A stretch of DNA of 64,000 nucleotides, taken from the NCBI RefSeq assembly GCF_022045235.1, contig NW_027266283.1, positions 2,604,001 through 2,668,000 of the forward strand. The letters are read 5' to 3'. Shown piece after piece: positions 1 through 12,552 of this stretch. Numbering within the stretch: position 1 is the first letter of the stretch; each line of letters opens with the position of its first letter. A program made the position numbers and the translations under genes. The notes beneath the pieces were generated by a model. It saw only the letters and a list, made by a program, of their open reading frames with translations. It had not been told where the DNA came from and did no database searches. The DNA comes from Haliotis cracherodii (Eukaryota).

Positions 1-113
1 TGGATTGTCTGGTCCAGACTCGATTATTTCCAGACCGCCGTCATATACCTGGAATATTGTTGAGTGCGGCGTTAAACAACAAACAAATAAGATCCGTCCT
101 TGACAAGCCTTAC

Positions 114-1275
114 CTCTTGTGCCACCAGCTCCAGGTTTGCCATCGACTGAAGCAGACATATTCCCGCTGTGGTTATCACCTGTGGCAATATTACCTATAT
201 TACCTTGGTTTGTGATTTGACGACTTCCTGTAATGTAACATGTACATATTATTACATATTGGGGTTGAATATAAATTACTTTTAATACTTGTTAGTATTT
301 TACAACGAATGCATTGACCAAAGTTTCATTTATAAACACATGCTTGTGGTCTTCCCGAAACCGTTCATTAAGCTTTGTATTTTAGCCGATAATTCTTACT
401 GTTGCTTTTATTTATTATAATTCAATATTCAAAGCATGAATGGGAATACATTTTCAGCAGTCGACTAAATTTTGGGGACGACAGAGTCCTGGGACTTCTC
501 TACAGCCGATTGTGACGAAGCAAATGATTTCAATGTACATTGTGACGACATGATAGCAGCTTGTGTAATAGAGCTAAACCTTTTAAGAGCTTGTATTTAG
601 AGGAATTCACTTTGTGTTGACTTAACACGTAGCAATGCGTGTCGTAAATGCCACTTGAGGATAACGAATACTAAAGTATATGTTGTGAGACATTAAATCG
701 TCTGTTGTGGCACCCATCCCTCATCACAAAGCCATGTTGACGGTCACAAAATTCAGGATGACAATGAAGAAAATATTTTTGTTCGGACTGGTATATCTAG
801 TTAGGCCAATGATTATTATTCGAAAATGGCCATCTTCCGTCATATGCTCATGTGTTTAATGGAAAATAATTGTGAAAACAGGATGCCGAAATGATGGTTG
901 ACGGACAAAAGCTCTCCTTAAACACTATGTTTTGTTCCTCATTTTATCAGTTAATAACGATATACCCATAACAATTAATTCCTAATGAATATATGTCATG
1001 TTTTTTTAATCACATTAAACTGCAATATATATGGTATGAACCGGGGTTGTTGAAAAACATATTCAATGGATATTTCAATGAACACAACATAGTGATAAAA
1101 ATACACAATACACTTAAACCTATTTGATTAATTGTGAATCATTTTTGAGTTGACTACCTTGGTTATGGCTGGTAGTGACGCTATTGCCCATCCCGCCGTG
1201 GACAACACCAGCGACATTGGACTTTTCCACCGTGCCGCCTGCAACTCCCGTGACTTTGATATCATACTTTGACAT
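114..1275 (-). CDS. G1: motif-alpha + motif-beta(B) gene, 3'-partial (SAM exon presumably left of the window)
   Basis: Exons 1275-1158 (MSKYDIKVTGVAGGTVEKSNVAGVVHGGMGNSVTTSHNQ, donor G|gtagtc) and 227-114 (GSRQITNQGNIGNIATGDNHSGNMSASVDGKPGAGGTR, cag|...G|gtaag); both introns phase 1. The paralogous copy G3 continues into a SAM exon. Probable non-coding exon with donor at 1523. Confidence 0.8.
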
Positions 1276-1599
1276 TTTGTATTCTGAATAAGCAAGGATA
1301 AACAGACATGATGAGCAATATGACTTCACAAGTACAGAACAGGCGACAACATTTCAACATGGTTCTATCATGGGTTTTTTTATTGTCGAACTTTATTGCA
1401 CTTTTGACAAACTGGATCAGAAATACACATACTGGGCTACGACCAAGTGTCGTAAAGCCATTGGATTAGTTTAAACTTTAAAAAAACCCACAGATCTGTG
1501 TAAGACAAGAAAGTTAACCTACCTTGCTGCTGAAGGGCTCTTCATGCAATGAGCCTCGCTGTCACCTTCCCGTCATTACATATTAACATATTGACATGG

Positions 1600-1650
1600 A
1601 TCTATATATAACCTCTTTCCTGGAAAATACCTTCCGTAAATGACGCAACG
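1600..1650 (-). promoter_or_regulatory. Candidate core promoter of MSKYD-type genes: TATA + GAS/STAT site + CRE/ATF-like site
   Basis: TATATATA at ~1603-1610, TTCCTGGAA (TTCN3GAA) at 1617-1625 and TGACGCAA at 1641-1648, about 80-125 bp upstream of the conserved donor at 1523. Related arrangements at ~17525-17572, ~24830-24880 and ~27135-27185. Confidence 0.4.
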
Positions 1651-2339
1651 TCATGAGTTGTGTCAATAAAAAACAATTCTAACTTCAAGTCTGATGTCAT
1701 CACTGCCTTACACCATGTCTCAAGTGACAAAAAGCATATGATTATCTAGGCTTATATCAGGCAGAAAAGAGCAAGGGTGTGTGAGCCTTGTGTCAACCAA
1801 CTGATTGATATTGAATTACAAACGTTTAGTATTGACTAGGAACGGACTGTACACCTATTGTGTGAACGCTATCGATGTTGTCGGTTCATCTCATGGGTGC
1901 TCATAACAGAAGCCGTCACATAGCTTGAATATCGCTGAGTGCGGTGTTAAACAACAAACAAACCAAATCCTAACAGAAACTTGAAGGAAACTGATTAATG
2001 CCCTTTTGTTGACGATTTCAATTTAGTGGTGAGCATATTTGAAATCAGCATAACGAGAGATTGATAGTGACACTGATATCTTTCTACAAAATCATTTCAG
2101 TGAAAAGCGATTATAAACCTCCAATCGAACGAGAAGTCTTTTCCCTGTTGAATGTGACTCAATCACGAGTTGTACCTGTTTAGAAATATCCCAACTGTCC
2201 CCTAACAGATTCATGATCCCTAACTGGGTTTTTTAAGTGTATATAATCCGAGACAGATAGAGACACTGAAATCTTTCCACGAAATCTATTTGAAGTCACT
2301 GCTGTGTTTTTGCATTTGTTTTTGATAATAAATTACGAA

Positions 2340-3563
2340 CTACAAATGGAAATTGTTCTGAAATGTGGCTCTATCACAAGTTGTATTTGTTGAGTAACAC
2401 TCCAGGTGAGTAGAAGGGGCGACGACTTGTAATGATGGCCCAACTGAAAAAAGACTTCAAACTGCTGAACTGCTTTGTTACGATGTCACATAGAATGAAC
2501 GTTTTGACATACACTGACTTAGATTCCCAATTGCGTTCGATTGGCTGTCGATATATGGATAGTTATTTGACACTGACATTCTTGGAAGACACTAGACGAA
2601 AAAGTGATTTTAGGAAAGAGGCAGTGATACATATAACAGCCAGGTTATTTTAGAATCGAATTTGTATAACCCTAAGGGTAACATATATTGATGCACGTAT
2701 TTCTCGATTCAGAAATATCGATTTGCACTAATGAAAATCCACACAGAAAAGACATATGTCTTTCATGGTTTTACCTTTTTGACGTGTTACCATTGTTGTG
2801 AATAAAAATATGATGATGTAGATATAGGTTCAGAAATTGTCGTTTTAAGTCGTTGAAATCAGAAATGCTGGTTTGAAAACTTCGACAAAATGTTTTCACC
2901 TGCAGGTTATGAAATAACGCCATGAGACGGTTTAAAACACTATATTTATATGTCCCCTTCACAATGATCTGATTCAGTCTTTCCCGAGAAGAACTTGCAT
3001 TCATCCATTGTAAAACCCTCACTATGACCGTCCAGAGTATAAATAAATCAGTCACATTGTCCCACACTGAGTAGTTGAAGGCTGCTGAATAGTGTAGGTG
3101 TATTGAAAGCTTCTCTAACTGTTGTTGAGTGAAAGGAGATATTATTAAAGTTATTCACAACAAATCTTCAACATTGGACACGAATTGATATGATTCTAGA
3201 TCGACTGCTCGTGGCAGAGATTTCTTATGAATATGGAAAGGGTTTTGTCGCTTTTATTCACTTTGATTAAATCTTATTTAACAAGTAGTATATGAACTTC
3301 GAAAGTAACCAGGAGGTGCATAGAATATGTAAATGTACAATGTCAATGCAAAGGAGAATAACCAGTGTTGAATATCCCCCGAAGCAGATTCCACTTGGCG
3401 TAAGGGCAAAATAGCTGTGACAGTTTTATGAATGGACTGGTGAAAATCAGTGATGACACCAGGTATTCTCAAAAAGGGTAAGTATGTCCAGTTGCATTCA
3501 CACTAGTTGCATCAACAAGCAAGTATTCATTTCCTGACGCCGCACAGCCATGCGACGCCAGCC
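2340..3563 (-). pseudogene. Possible decayed multi-exon gene unrelated to the SAM family, carried inside the duplicated unit
   Basis: Exon-like blocks with AG/GT ends (~3563-3340, ~3118-2775, ~2580-2340). Open frame LEKLSIHLHYSAAFNYSVWDNVTDLF...LFHNLQVKTF. The copy at ~12560-13652 has different disruptions. No family recognised. Confidence 0.3.
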
Positions 3564-3771
3564 TGAAAACAAGCCAGACAATCAAGTGATAGATGAATCA
3601 GAAAACTGATCCGTTAAGAAAATGGAATTACGCCTACTTTGTACCAGTAGAGAGATTCTTTTGCTTATAAGTAAAGGAAAAAGTGTAAAGCGTGTATTCG
3701 TTTTGCAACACACTGTGGAATACAATTTAGACCACATTAACTCGAAATATTGTGACCACGGATGAAGAGTG

Positions 3772-3991
3772 AATGAGTGAGTTGGGTTTAACGCCGCTTT
3801 TAACAGTATTCCAGTTATATCGCGGCGTGTCAGCTTAATGTGGGAGGAAAGCCAGAAGTGATGCATGTCTCAGACGTTTACCACCTCGATGAAACCCACG
3901 AGCACGGGTATGGTGCTGACAAACCTAGAAACATAATCGGGGCGAGCCGGGATTCGAACCCACAATCATAGGTTTCTGGCGTGCCCAAGGG
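3772..3991 (-). mobile_element. tRNA-derived SINE family 2, head deleted
   Basis: Matches the full copy at 13844-14125; B-box GGTTCGAATCC and (CACT)n tail are retained. Confidence 0.8.
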
Positions 3992-4512
3992 ATATCTACA
4001 ATGTAAATATCGCTTGATCTCACCCAAGCGACATCACCTGTGGGAGCCAGTTTTGGATGATACATTGCAATAATAGGCTAGTAATTATTATAACATATCA
4101 CAGTTTTAACATTACTTTTGCACCCCAACATACACAGCACTTACTATTTTCTACAAATAATCGGTCTTCCTTTGGAGTAGTATTTTTTTCCATGAATACG
4201 AATGAGAAGGTGGATGATATGACTGTTGTTTTCTTATTCGTAGAAGGGGGGTGAGATTATTGTTGTTGTTTTCTTATTCTCAGAACTTTCAGGTTCCATA
4301 TAACAACACTGTTGTCAAATTTAATGTTTATTATGTTATAATGGATGATAAAATTATGCAATGCTAAAGCTACGGTTCAAATGATAATGGGAGTGTCTGT
4401 GGATCTAAATACAGTGAGCAGCCATCAGATAATTCATATTGGCATGCATAGCATCGGCACGGCAGTGTATTACACATGATCATTAAATTGTCGATAAGAT
4501 TGTGCGAATATA

Positions 4513-5457
4513 TTATTTTGGAAGAAATTTCTTCAGATTCAGTATTTTCTTCCTTTCAAATGAGTCGTCAATGCCAAAGTCTCCAAGTTCATCCTCGTTG
4601 AGCTGAGACGACAAATCCCCATCAATGCCATGTTTCTTGAATAGTTGAATGTGTTTCTCCAGCTTCTTATTTTGTAGGAGACCAATAATTTCGTCCTCGG
4701 TGATGTCTGAAAGAGCTGTAAATGCAAGCTTTATAGTAAGTATTTTCAATATTAAACGTCACAATTCACATGTTGCGTCGCGTGGAAGCTATCATGTTTG
4801 TTTCAAGGTTACATAGTAAAACAGTATTTCACTTTAGGGTCGGTTAAATTTAATAGTTTATCCGTTATCTATAGACAAATTATGAGAAGTAAACATGATT
4901 CTTTTGTTTAGTTAAAATAAATACGTGTACAGAAGTTCGTTTTGAAAACGTTGGAACCTTTCAGCAAAGTTATGTACATAGCTCATCATATTTCGGCTTC
5001 CTGGTATTGATCCTGGAATGATAGATCAGCCATTTCACATTACAAAGCGGATTAACAGTAGTTTTACCTTTTCCTTTGAAGAATGCAGTGGGTCCTGATC
5101 TTTGCCCTGTGTTTTTTTCTCCTTGATCCACAGTGGCGCGTCGCATGTCCTGCCCACCTACGACGCCGTGGGCATTTTCAATATTATATGTTTGCTGCCT
5201 GTTTTCTGGAATGAAATGTTATGATCAATTTTTGGAGATAGAAAAACATATTTTTTTCTAAATCATCAAATCTAATGATGTTACGTTTAGATTGTTTCAT
5301 TAGATGCATGGCCAAACATATATATATGGGAGGATGTGTTTAAGCGCATTCATAAACTCACCAATAGATTCCATCTGACCTTGATTAATGCCGGCAACCA
5401 CAGAGTTGTCTACGTGAGCATCTCCCGTGACACCCTTCACGTCCATGTTGCTAATAC
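4513..5457 (-). CDS. G2: motif-alpha + motif-beta(A) + SAM(A); first exon not located
   Basis: Exons 5457-5362 (ISNMDVKGVTGDAHVDNSVVAGINQGQMESI), 5205-5068 (ENRQQTYNIENAHGVVGGQDMRRATVDQGEKNTGQRSGPTAFFKGK) and 4715-4513 (ALSDITEDEIIGLLQNKKLEKHIQLFKKHGIDGDLSSQLNEDELGDFGIDDSFERKKILNLKKFLPK*). All GT-AG, phase 1, open. SAM signature F..HGIDG..L..L...EL..FGI...ERKKIL. In-frame ATG at 5446. Confidence 0.8.
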
Positions 5458-6003
5458 CTGATGAATATGTTAAACATTCTCATGAATATATGCACAACTT
5501 AATAAAGGAAAATGTTAATACTGTTGATAATCTGATATAAATATCTCAAACCCCTTTCCATAATCGTACTATATCACTTGACAAAAATCAAATAATTTGA
5601 CATAATTCAACTCGTTCTAATCTCAGATCTCAAAAACTATTTTTAAATTTATTTGAATTTTTCCCCGTTTCAAGACAAGGCAAAAGTTGACCGTATTGAC
5701 ACAGAGTTTGGGCTGATTTCTGCCTATGCCGCTCTTGCGTGTGGCATGATATGATATGTCAATTATTCCAGAAACCTCGATCACACAATAATGTAGATAC
5801 CTTTACGTATATTCTTATGCTATCTGAAGCCTTGATAGTGGGAACACCTAGAGACAATTTAAGTATGGCAGCTGGCTGGGACTTAATAGGTTCATTGTTT
5901 CCTCTTCTTCAATTTGTGCATCCTAACAATGACAACACCATACATTTGAAGGTGCTATACGATGATCCAACACGTCGTATTGCCAGAATATATGACCATT
6001 TAC

Positions 6004-6185
6004 TACAAGCGACTAACGGGATCGGTGGTCAGGCTCGCTGACTTAGTTGATACATGTCACCGTATCCCAATTGCTTACATAAATGGTTATGATGTCAATC
6101 ACTGGATTGTCTGTTACAGACTCGATTATTCACAGACCGCCGTCATAAAGCTGAGTGCGGCGTTAAACAACGAACCAACAACCAA
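6004..6185 (+). mobile_element. SINE family 1 (partial)
   Basis: gcgactaacgggatcggtggtcaggctcgctgac...gctgagtgcggcgttaaacaac, shared with many copies in the window. Confidence 0.75.
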
Positions 6186-7010
6186 TTCCTAATATGACAT
6201 CCACTTCAACTCACATGGTACTTTCAGATATGCTCACCATATTGTTTCTAGACCTATTCTGCGTTGTATATATAAAGAACGCCATATGGCGATTGCTCAA
6301 AGGAATTTTGATCAAGGTTACAACATTCACGGCCTCAGTAAAGCGGAGACATGTGCAGGATATTTTTCAGATGCAACAAATGAGTGTCAAAAATGATGTC
6401 TGATGCAATTATCTATTTTGATTTGAACCACATGTTCCTGTGTTTTTTTCAGGCGAGCAATTGGCTAGCCTTTGCTTTTGCATCAGGAAGACAGGACTCA
6501 CCTGTCTGCAAAAATCTGTAATCATCACTGTTTGTTTTGCTTTTAGTAGAGATATCTTTTAAATGTGGATCGGGTTTTGTTGCTTATATATTTTTTTTAA
6601 TATTGTACATAGTGATGATTATCATTTACCCGCTCGCCAGTATAAGGGAAGATGCCATGTTGATCAACATGAGAAGTCAATGCTCTGTAGAAATAGAAAT
6701 AACCGTGATGGAGAAAATGTTTCAAATCCGAATATCATCGCCTTGTGGAATTGTATGATGAAGTGGGCGGCAGATATAAGTAGCTAAGCTATCTGAAGAA
6801 ATCGACCCCTGAAGATACTTGCTATTGAAAATGGATATCACTTGTATGTACATGGTATGTATTTGCCTAGTAAATGTATATGTAGATTTATGTCACAAAT
6901 ATAAAGGATATACCTCTTCATCTTAACAAGGAATGCTTGTTGCATTGCTTCGAATCAAAATTAATATTAACTATAGTAACGGAGGCATCAGATTTGGGAA
7001 TTTTCGAGTT

Positions 7011-7252
7011 GGTTTGGTTTTGGTTGGTTTGCTGTTAAACGCTGCACTCAGCAATATTCCAGCCATATAACGGCAGTCTGTAAATTATCGAGTCTGGACC
7101 AGACAATCCAGTGATTGACATCATGAGCATTAATCCCCGCATTTTGGATCGATGACATGCATCAACCAAGTCAGCGAGTCTGACCACCGATCCCGTGAGT
7201 CGCCTCTAACGACAAGCATGGGCTGCTGAAAACCTATTCTACCCCGGATCTT
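7011..7252 (-). mobile_element. SINE family 1
   Basis: Reverse complement of the 9680-9940 copy. Confidence 0.8.
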
Positions 7253-8692
7253 CGAGTATTAAGTGCCTCTTATGTGTATAATTGAAATTTCGAAACTTAC
7301 AAAAGTGGAACCTTTTTTGTTACATGAAATAAATATTTTGTACTTTAAAAGTGGCAACTGTTTGGAAACTAAATATGGACTAGATTTGGACATCCTTGTA
7401 CGTTGGAAAATGTGTTCAAGATTTGGATGATCCTTCAAGGATATATACCGAAAAAGTATGTACATCCTGTCGCCCTGTTATCTGTTATCTTCAACAACAA
7501 ATACACATCCGTGTTTCAAAAGGGCTGCAATCAAAATTCATGACATAATCTATATCATTCACTATTGTAATGTACAGCGTGTTAAAATACACTATAGTCG
7601 ATATTGCAGCCATGGCGATACAAAAACAACTTAAAATAGACCATATCTCATGTCCCATGCTTACGAATCGATTGCTGACTACCACTGAGCAGGTGTATCA
7701 ACGTAATCATTATAAATAGACCCATTGTTATTGAACGAACGTTGTTGTTATAAATACATATGTAAAGGACAACACAGAGATTTTAAATAAAAGAAAGTTT
7801 TTTGCAACTTGATTAATATTTAAGTAACCGATATCAAATATAAATATTTAAAAAAAACAATATGTGAAACAACACCCAGTTTTATTGCATTTGTTGTATC
7901 ACCCGCTGAAACGGATGTACGAAGTTGGGGGAAAGATCAATGATGGCATCATAATTTCACGATAACCTCTACATGCATCATGTCAGAAAAACAACCCTCG
8001 GTCATTAACAACTTGTATTTCCGGTGTTTGGATGTAAGATCAAATCAGAAAAAAAAACAGTCAAAGATAACCTAAGCTTAAACTTAAACAATCTGATAAA
8101 TCTGACAACGAATATTACAATAACTCGTGACAGAATTCGTCCAATATCGACCATCACCCATTCAAGTCTGAACCAGACGGTGGCCAACGTGGCAACGATC
8201 TTCAGCAACCCATGCTTGTCGTATCAGTATGCATCATAAATTCGCAAACACGATGGCTAAGAAGTTGTTATACCGAGACCGAGCAATATGTTTCGGACGC
8301 ACCAGGAAGCTTTTCCTGAGGAACTGAAGATAAATGGATCAATTGATACACCTAAATAATCAAAGCAACACAAAAAGTGATCTTGTTTCGATGTCAGCAA
8401 TTAAGAATAGAAACGCAAGTCATTGGTTTTAAGTGATGAAGTTCATATGTGTTTTGATTTCCCGGTGTTGATCATTTGAGTACGTTTTCTATAAATTCTA
8501 AAGTCATTCAAATTGTTGGCATGCGAGGACACGGCCAGTTAGCCCACGAGTTGTAATCTCCCGAGGGCTCATTTGCATTGAAAAACAAACACAACACAGC
8601 AGCAGAAATGCAAGTGTATTATTTAATGTTTGAATAGGACTAAATACAATTTACTAAACGAAATTGGCTTATTTTATATTTCATGAAGACAA

Positions 8693-8928
8693 GTGTTTGC
8701 AAACCTTCCTATTCACTGCGAAGTGTATCCACAGCGAGAAGGCGAACACAGTTATTCATGATAACTTCGAGATTATTTCTTAAGCTGCGTGTATATGTAT
8801 CAGTGTTCCGCACGACAAATGGAAATAAACACTTGCTTCTTTGGTAATGTAAATCCAGTTCACTGAATGAGGTCTTCCTTTAAACGCTTGAGCTTCCTTT
8901 GTTCTATCCTGCTGTTTATCTCAAGATC
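8693..8928 (-). pseudogene. Orphan 3' fragment of a SAM(B) exon plus 3'UTR
   Basis: 8928-8860 reads DLEINSRIEQRKLKRLKEDLIQ*, compared with G3 ELGINSKIEQRKLRRLKEDLIQ*. 8693-8860 duplicates the G3 3'UTR (9020-9180). Confidence 0.75.
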
Positions 8929-9179
8929 GACAAACAAATAAACAAACAAACAAACATATTATATAATATTTGAATAGTACGAAATACCATTTAATAAACC
9001 CTATTGGGTTATATCATGTAGTGTTTGCAAACCTTCCTATTCACTGCGAAGTGTATCCACAGCGAGAGGGCGAACACAGTTATTCATGATAACTTCGAGA
9101 TTATTTCTTAAGCTGCATGTGTATGTATCAGCGTTCCGTGTCACAAATGGAAGTAAACACTTGGCAATGAAAAACCAGT

Positions 9180-10080
9180 TCACTGGATGAGGTCCTCCTT
9201 TAAACGCCGAAGCTTCCTTTGTTCTATCTTGCTGTTAATCCCCAGTTCGTCAAGAAGTTCATCATCTAGGTCCATGAACAATCGCCCGTCAACATTATGT
9301 GTCTCAAAACTCTTAATAGTGTCCTCAGTGCAGTGGCGCTCCCTCAGAAGGTTTATCAGTGTTCCTGGGGTGAGTGCTCTAGGATCTGTTCAAGGTGAAT
9401 CATGTCGATTACAGATATGTCTCTCGATGTCACAAGTATTATCATGAGTACATTATATTCATTAGAAACCATTTACCTAAAGGTTTTAAAACAAACCGTT
9501 TTGACAAACACACCGTTGAATACCCACAATAGTACTCGCATAAGGATATATATCTTATATACCATGGGTTTATAAAAGCAAACGTGTTACAATAGAATTC
9601 GAGAAAAGGTCAACAGTGTAAAATGTCAAAATAATGTATACATGAATTTCGGCTGTAATACAATAGAGATCTGTCCTGTAGACCCGTGAAGGTCCGGGGT
9701 AGAATAGGCCTTCAGCAACCCATGCTTGCCATAAAAGGCGACTATGTTGTCGTTAGAGGCGACTAACGGGATCGGGTAGTCAGGCTCGCTGACTTGGTTG
9801 ATGCATGTCATAGCATCCAAATTTCGTGGATCTATGCTCATGATGTCAATCACTGGATTGTCTGGTCCAGACTCGATTATTTACAGACCGCCGTCATATA
9901 GCTGGAATATTGCTGAGTGCGGCGTTAAACAACAAACAATTAAGATCCGTCCTTGACAAGCCTTACCTCTTGTGTCACCAGCTCCAGGTTGGACACCGAC
10001 TGAAGCAGCCATATTCCCGCTGTGGTTATCACCTGTGGCAATATTACCTATATTACCTTGGTTTGTGATTTGACGACTTC
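9180..10080 (-). pseudogene. G3: motif-beta(B) + SAM(B); first coding exon and promoter deleted
   Basis: Exons 10080-9967 (GSRQITNQGNIGNIATGDNHSGNMAASVGVQPGAGDTR) and 9385-9180 (DPRALTPGTLINLLRERHCTEDTIKSFETHNVDGRLFMDLDDELLDELGINSKIEQRKLRRLKEDLIQ*); the SAM exon is absent from the ORF track. Both are open and phase 1. At ~11030 the sequence jumps from the equivalent of ~1149 to ~2395, removing the MSKYD exon. Confidence 0.75.
9680..9940 (+). mobile_element. SINE family 1 (long copy); the equivalent copy in the first duplicate ends at 1-90
   Basis: gacccgtgaaggtccggggtagaata...gctggaatattgctgagtgcggcgttaaacaacaaac. Confidence 0.85.
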
Positions 10081-11101
10081 CTGAATGTAAAATGTACATA
10101 TTATTACATTTTGGGATTGAATATAAATCACTTATAATACTTGTATGCATTTTACAACGAATGCATTGACCAAAGTTTGATTTATAAACACATGCTTGTG
10201 GTCTTCCCGGAATTGTACATTGAGCTCTGTATTTTTTAGCCGATATTTCTTCTTGTTGCTTTTGTTTATTATAATTTAATGTTCAAAACATGAAAGGGAA
10301 TACGTTTTTAGCAGAAAACACATTAGTGGTCGACTAAGTTTTGTGGGCAACATAGAGCTGGGACTTCTCTACAGCCGATTGTGACGAAGCAAATGCTTTC
10401 AATGAGCGTTGTGACGACATGATGGTAGCTTGTGTAATAGAGCTAAACCATTCAAGGCCTGCTGAATTTTATTTAGAGGTATTCACTTTGTGTTGACTTA
10501 ACACGTAGCAATGCGTGTCGTAAATGCCACTTGAGGATAACGAATACTAAAGTATATGTTGTGAGACATTAAATCGTCTGTTGGGGCACCCGTCCCTCAT
10601 CACAAGGCCATGTTGACGGTCACAAAATTCAGGATGACAATGAAGAAAATATGTTTGTTCGGACTGGTATATCTTGTTAGGCCAATGATTATTATTCGAT
10701 AATGGCCATCTTCCGTCATATGATTATGTGTTTAATGGAAAATAATTGTGAAAACCGGATGCCGAAATGATGGTTGACTGACTATAGCTCTCCTTAAACA
10801 GTATGTTTTGTTCCTCATTAAATCAGTTAAAAACGATATTCCCATTACAATTAATTCCTAAAAAATGAATATATGTCATGTTTTTTAATCACATTAAACT
10901 GCAATATATATGTTACGAACCGGGGTTGTTGAAAAACATATTCAATGGATATTTCAATGAACACAACATTGTGATACAAATACACAATACACTTAAAACT
11001 ATTTTATTAACCGTGAATCTTTTTTGAGGATTCTAACACTCCTGGTGTGTAGAAGGGGCGACGATTAGTAATGATGGCCCAACCGAAAAAAGGACGTCAA
11101 A

Positions 11102-12552
11102 GTCAAAGTCAAAGATATTTATTGCATGTAAGGCCTCCGGCCCATATACAAGAGAGTTACAAACAAGTAGTGTACATATTTGGATATATGCTCATGTTTA
11201 ACAATTTGTTTCTTCTGAGGGAAATTGCATTTTTAACATATATAGCCAGTTTTAATATGACAGCATCATCTTTTGAAGAAAGAAGAGAAATAAAAGCAGG
11301 TACAGGATAATTTGACAGATAACTTTCTGGTATAAACTTTCCTCTTAGGTCACAATAATAAGGACAGACAAAAGTAACATGAATTTCATTTTCTATAGCT
11401 GAATGACATAATGGGCCCAGCCTCTTTGACTTTTCAGTGGACATTTTATTCCTTCATTTATCATGAGATCTAACAATACGAGCCTAAATTGAATAAATGG
11501 ACGTCGAAGGGTTGTTGATGTTAATGTTGAATAAGACTCTTAAACGTTCTGTACAAGTCATACCTTGAACTATTTTCTAGAGTAGAATGCCAATCCTGAT
11601 AAAACATTTATAGATTGTTCACGAAATTGTTTCAAAAAGAGTTTAACATCACCAATTGTTTGGTTTTACCATACAAATCCATAGCCATAAGAAAACAAAA
11701 GGATTTTGATATGTGATGCCCATGTTACTTTGCCCATGTCGTCGAAAAGTACAAGCATATTATAAGCAAGTTTGGGGATTCGGCGTTCATGCATTCCAAA
11801 AATATTAAATGAGTATTTCAAGCATCTAATTTGGGAGTTGATATATATCGGGTCTCTGCCACATTCGCCATAGACCATACAATAGCGTGTTGATAAGAAA
11901 GTTTTACAGTCTAAAAGATGTAGCTTTTCAAGACAATCGTATCGCTGAAATCCCCATACTTCTGATCCATAAAACAGGATTGGTTGAATTTGGGCATCAA
12001 ATAATTTAAAAATGTAAAAGTGTACAATCTCCTACTTTCTGCGAGACAGACATTACTCTTCACTGAGGCCTTCTTTGCACGTGATGTTAAGAGCGAGACA
12101 CTTTTCTTGAAGTTCATTGTATGGGTAAACATTACGCCAAGATATGTATGGTGGCTCAGAAGATTAACACATTTACCATTCAGTGACACCTCACCCCCTC
12201 TTCTGAAAATGACAATGTTTGTTTTATCATGGTTAATTGATAGTTTCCACTCTTTGGAATAAAATTCTAAAATATTAAATTGTTTTTGTAATCCAACAAC
12301 AGAATCTGACAATAAATTTCATCATCGGCAAAAAAGAGGCATCGAAATATCTATAACATTTGGGAACAATTGAAGACCATGTTCACCCTTAGCCATAATT
12401 TCATAATATAATTCACTAATATCAAAATGAGAACAATATCGGGCTCAAGATACAGCCTTGTCGTAAGCCAACAGGACAAAGAAAATCGGTTACATCGGCA
12501 CCACATCGTACACATGATTTGATATTTGAATACATAGCTTTTAATATAGAGT
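11102..12552 (-). mobile_element. 5'-truncated, decayed non-LTR retrotransposon (RT + C-terminal Cys/His motif; clade uncertain, RTE-X/CR1-group-like)
   Basis: RT motifs CPVGLRQGCILSPILFS, LFADD.....DSVVGLQKQ and YLGVMF; C-terminal LCHSAIENEIHVTFVCPYY; 3' AATAAA plus (TTTGAC)n tail. acgtcaaa duplicated at 11094-11101 and 12553-12560; empty site at ~2454-2461. Confidence 0.9.

Noticed and set aside
5458-8600. First exon of G2
   Set aside because: No homologue of the MATITVTG exon found; a donor-like site near 6500 could not be tied to an open exon.
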